DNA from: a virus
Lineage: Duplodnaviria; Caudoviricetes
Reading direction: 5' to 3' (one strand)
Length of the DNA stretch: 38,627 nucleotides
Virus record (IMG/VR): IMGVR_UViG_3300009597_000030
Location: 1-38,627 of that record
The position numbers and the translations under genes were made by a program. Positions 35,400 to 38,627 of the stretch are shown piece after piece (within the stretch, counting starts at the first letter, position 1; every line of letters starts with the position of its first letter). The notes under the pieces are model-generated. The model saw nothing but the letters and a program-made list of their open reading frames with translations, was not told the DNA's origin and did no database searches.

Positions 35400-37681
35400 G
35401 CCAGCACCTCGGCGAAGAGCGGAGCGTCGTCATGGATGCGCCGCCGGGACATGCCGGAATAGTCTTCGTTCAACTCGATCAGCACGGCATTGCGGCCAAG
35501 GCGATCGGCAACGAGGCCGGTCGTGCCCGCGCCTGCGAAGGGATCGAGGCACGTCCCCGGCACCGTTGCAGCGTTGCAGGAACAGGAGGGGGAGAAGCCG
35601 AGCGTCTTATGGCCGGCAACGAATTTTCCACCATAGCCGAGAGTTGATGTCCCTTCACCGCCACTGGTTGGACAGCCTGCAGCCGCCTGATAGTTGGCAT
35701 AGGGACCAACTCCATTGCTGACGCGCTCCACCTCCCGCACCCAAGGCTTGCCGCATTTGGCGCACGCCCTGGCCGGACATCCCGCCTTGATGCACGGCTC
35801 GATCAGCGCCGGGGGGAACGTGTTGCCGGTGATGAAAACACGCCCGTTTCTGCGTGCGACCCAAGTCCCATTTGGCAATCGAGGACACCACACAGTCCCG
35901 GTATAAATTTCTGCTGTGGGATGAACGCCAACGCCAGCGGTGCCTCGGAATGAACGAAACCGGTGCTTGGTAATGTAAACGACGCTGACGCCATCGGCCC
36001 GTACCGACGATACCGCCGATAGACCCAAACGAACCGCCAGAGCCTGCACCATTCCAGCCCGAGATGCGTCCCTCTGAATAAAAGAAGATCGCCCATCGGA
36101 TCGCTCGTGCCCGTCACCTTCCACAAGGCCCTTGAGGAATGCAGAAATCTGTTCGTCCGCCCAAAGCAACACGCCAGTCGGCATGCGCTTCCCAGGAGCA
36201 AGTTCACGTAACCGCGCCGCTGCATATCCTTGCACGCGGAATGCAACGCTGACCGCAGAGCGCCCCCGCCATTCACGCTCGCATCGTGCCGAGGTCCACT
36301 CAGCCCCGACCTGACGCAGTAGCTGCTCGATACGCTGAACCTTTTCGGGATTTGCCGTCTCGGATTGATAGATTTCGACTGCTAGCGTTTGTTTCGCTTC
36401 ATGGCCTTCGGCAATGTACCAACCCAAGAGTTCCGCCCATTCAACGGGAAGCCCTGCATCGCCAATAAAATCCCAAGGGGCTGTCGTTGGCACGGCGTGT
36501 GAAATCTTTAGTTCATCGGCTCTCACAACTACCGGGTCTTGGTAGTGCCGTAGCCGGGGATGCCGACGCTGGACAATGCAACGATGGTTTGGCGTAAGAA
36601 GCATATCGAGGCTGCGGGTATCCGCACGAACCATCTTCTGCTCGGTTACAGCATAGCGTGCGACCTCGCTTATAGGTGCCCACGATAAATACCCGGTCGA
36701 TAAGTCGAATTGCGCTGCACGCATCCCCGGAGAAAGCGCATCGTGGCGTGCCCATCCGGTATCAGTCAGGCACTCCGTGGTTTCATCGACGCAGGCAAAG
36801 TGCGCCTCGGAGAATGGCTGTGTGGCAACCGTCCAGACGTTTCGGATATTGCGACCGCCGCCCGGTTCCCATTGCTCCTCTTGGCCACGCCCGCCATACG
36901 ATAGACGAACGCCGATGTTTTTCGTATCAACCCGAGCATAGCCGTTGCCGCTCTTGTGGCCGGCGACATCTGGCTCTTTGACCGCCTCCGCATCGAAATA
37001 ATAGCGCGCCGACTTGGCGAACAAGAATATGTGCTCGTGAGCACTTGTCGGCCGATCCGTGACGCTCTCTGGCATCGGATTGGGCTTTGACCAGATGATG
37101 TCCTGACGGAGCCACCAGCCATCGGCACGCAGCGCGAACGCCACCATCCAGGGAATGCCGATCAGGTCTTTGGGCTTGAGACCGGAAGGGACTTTAGTGG
37201 CATTACTGCCGCCGTAATCGTGCGCTGGATGCTTTGATTGCGAAACCTGATAGCCTCTATTGGCGGCGTAAGAGTCGCCCAAATTAATCCAAGCGGTGCC
37301 ATCGTTTCTTAAGACGCGCCGCACTTCCCTGAACACCGCCACCAATTCCGCGACATAGGCGTCAGGCGTGGCCTCTAGGCCGATCTGGTTGTCTATGCGG
37401 CGCGCGCCGCACTTGCCGCATTCGTCGCGATACGGAACGACGATCGAGCGCTCGTAATCATTGCTCCCGAAATTCACCCGGCCATCATTCTTTAGCGTCG
37501 ATGTTCTGCTAGCCGCGCTACCCTTGGCATGGTCGCACCCATCCCCGCCGCCCTCCCATTTCGCCGTCCCATAGTCCCGCAGCCCGAAATACGGCGGGCT
37601 TGTCACCACGCAATGCACGCTTTCGTCGGGCAGGGTTTTCAAAACCTCACGGCAGTCGCCGTGGATGGCGCGGATGCTCAT
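35396..37681 (-). CDS. Beta-class N4C/N6A DNA methyltransferase precursor containing an intein
   Basis: GDC, VVTSPPY (motif IV), IIWSKPNPMPESV.DR.T.AHE.IF.F.K, RNVW, HFA/TFP and LDPFAGAGTT..VA..LGR....IELN (motif I). ATGA-coupled start at 37681. Confidence 0.93.
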   Translation of the reverse strand: MSIRAIHGDCREVLKTLPDESVHCVVTSPPYFGLRDYGTAKWEGGGDGCDHAKGSAASRTSTLKNDGRVNFGSNDYERSIVVPYRDECGKCGARRIDNQIGLEATPDAYVAELVAVFREVRRVLRNDGTAWINLGDSYAANRGYQVSQSKHPAHDYGGSNATKVPSGLKPKDLIGIPWMVAFALRADGWWLRQDIIWSKPNPMPESVTDRPTSAHEHIFLFAKSARYYFDAEAVKEPDVAGHKSGNGYARVDTKNIGVRLSYGGRGQEEQWEPGGGRNIRNVWTVATQPFSEAHFACVDETTECLTDTGWARHDALSPGMRAAQFDLSTGYLSWAPISEVARYAVTEQKMVRADTRSLDMLLTPNHRCIVQRRHPRLRHYQDPVVVRADELKISHAVPTTAPWDFIGDAGLPVEWAELLGWYIAEGHEAKQTLAVEIYQSETANPEKVQRIEQLLRQVGAEWTSARCEREWRGRSAVSVAFRVQGYAAARLRELAPGKRMPTGVLLWADEQISAFLKGLVEGDGHERSDGRSSFIQRDASRAGMVQALAVRLGLSAVSSVRADGVSVVYITKHRFRSFRGTAGVGVHPTAEIYTGTVWCPRLPNGTWVARRNGRVFITGNTFPPALIEPCIKAGCPARACAKCGKPWVREVERVSNGVGPYANYQAAAGCPTSGGEGTSTLGYGGKFVAGHKTLGFSPSCSCNAATVPGTCLDPFAGAGTTGLVADRLGRNAVLIELNEDYSGMSRRRIHDDAPLFAEVLA
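35822..36793 (-). mobile_element. Intein with LAGLIDADG homing endonuclease (324 aa)
   Basis: Begins CVDETTECLT..GW, has block B LTPNHR, LAGLIDADG-like LLGWYIAEG and FLKGLVEGDG, ends VWC......WVARRNG..FITGN, +1 Thr. It interrupts the conserved AHFA|TFP motif. Confidence 0.92.
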
Positions 37682-37866
37682 GCCGCCGCCTCGAACAGCC
37701 AGCACAGCACCGCCGACCGCACCATGGCCTGCGAACCCAGCGCGGCGCCGATCTCGGACAGCAGTTCGCCCCGTTTCTGGCGCTCGATGATTGACTGCAG
37801 AAAGTCACTGCGCCGGCGCGCCCGGCCAGGCTGGCGATAGTAGGGAACGAGGGCGGGCCGGCTCAT
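37678..37866 (-). CDS. Hypothetical protein
   Basis: 62 aa, ATGA-coupled to both neighbours. Confidence 0.6.
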   Translation of the reverse strand: MSRPALVPYYRQPGRARRRSDFLQSIIERQKRGELLSEIGAALGSQAMVRSAVLCWLFEAAA

Positions 37867-38414
37867 TCCATCACCCCCGCCCTGCTCGCGAACAGCTTGC
37901 CGCCAAGCGCCTGCTCGGCCTGGCGGTCGTAGTCGCGCTGGCTGCCGCGGTTATGGGCTAGCGCAAAATGCAAAGAGCAGTAGCTCGACTGCGACGCCTG
38001 GGGTGCGCCGCAGAATTTGTAGGGCGGAAAACCGTCCGAGCATGGCCAGCGACAATGCCCGTTGCGCAGGTCGAGCAAACCGAAGCTGCCGATCGGCGGC
38101 AGGGGTGGAGGCGGCGGAGCCTGGTATGGCTCCGGCGGCGGAAGTGGCCGTTTATTCCGTTTATGCGGTCGCTTTTGCGGCTTGCTCACTTGCTCATTTG
38201 ATTTGAGCAGCAATCGAGCAGGCATCTTGGGCGGCACGATCGGTCGAGCCCGGCCCAACAGGCCCAAACGCCGCAGCTTGCCCATCACCGCACTGCGCGA
38301 GATGCCGAGCCGCCGGCCGATCTCGCCGCCGGTGGTGCCACTGAGCCATAGCTCCGAGAGCCGCGCCACGAGCGCTTCACTCCACAGGATTTCACCAGGA
38401 TTTGGCGGCCTCAT
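37863..38414 (-). CDS. gcrA: GcrA-family cell-cycle transcription regulator
   Basis: N-terminal W....V..L..LW..G....EI..RLG.SRSAV.GK..RLGL and C-terminal LLDL....CRWP......FCG......SYC..H...A. Confidence 0.9.
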   Translation of the reverse strand: MRPPNPGEILWSEALVARLSELWLSGTTGGEIGRRLGISRSAVMGKLRRLGLLGRARPIVPPKMPARLLLKSNEQVSKPQKRPHKRNKRPLPPPEPYQAPPPPPLPPIGSFGLLDLRNGHCRWPCSDGFPPYKFCGAPQASQSSYCSLHFALAHNRGSQRDYDRQAEQALGGKLFASRAGVME

Positions 38415-38626
38415 ATGCCGAGCCCATCCATCAGCTCTTCGATCTTTTTCTGCCGCGCCTCGTAGCCGCGCTGGATGCGCCGGCTCTCGGCGCGCAGCGT
38501 CCAGCAGTCGGCGATGTGCTGGCGGGCGCGCCGCAGCGCTTCCGCCTGCTGCAGGGTGGCGGCCGGGAGGAGTTGCGCCTCCGTCCGGCCTGAAGCTCGG
38601 GAGCGAGGACGCGGACCCGAGCTTTT
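38411..38626 (-). CDS. 3' part of a hypothetical protein (open to window edge)
   Basis: Frame ...QLLPAATLQQAEALRRARQHIADCW...KKIEELMDGLGI* with ATGA overlap to gcrA. No start codon visible. Confidence 0.5.
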   Translation of the reverse strand, partial: KSSGPRPRSRASGRTEAQLLPAATLQQAEALRRARQHIADCWTLRAESRRIQRGYEARQKKIEELMDGLGI

Positions 38627-38627
38627 A

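Noticed and set aside
35396-37681. CcrM orthologue or a restriction-modification system
   Set aside because: The catalytic motif is SPPY with a phage-type architecture. The nearby nuclease is a VRR-NUC type, not a recognisable cognate restriction enzyme.
38593-38624. Hairpin AAGCTCGGG/CCCGAGCTT as a terminator or genome end
   Set aside because: It lies at the window edge inside an open frame, so there is not enough context. No terminal repeat with the window start was seen.

Overview
This window is most of a temperate, P22-like podovirus genome from an alphaproteobacterial host (it carries a GcrA homologue). It appears to be the excised form, because an attP made of the 3' half of tRNA-Val(GAC) has phage genes on both sides. 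The plus-strand left arm holds NinB, small early genes, xis-int and attP. The long minus-strand arm, read right to left, holds: GcrA-like regulator, intein-containing DNA methyltransferase, VRR-NUC nuclease, replication initiator, helicase, putative late regulator, terS/terL, a stand-alone ADP-ribosyltransferase-like gene, an antisense HNH gene, portal, a 6.4 kb fibre/depolymerase cassette, scaffold, major capsid, gp4/gp10-like head completion genes, three ejection proteins, a tail-collar protein and a tailspike. The best leads are: (1) three tandem covarying pseudoknot-like units in the scaffold leader; (2) the probable head-fibre cassette, with three proteins sharing an N-terminal MVxxx[ED]L[NQ]RRGL motif; (3) the ART-like protein sharing a GLGDRL-type motif with the ejection proteins; (4) no recognisable endolysin in a seemingly complete late region. 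All calls come from reading motifs by eye; no searches were run.
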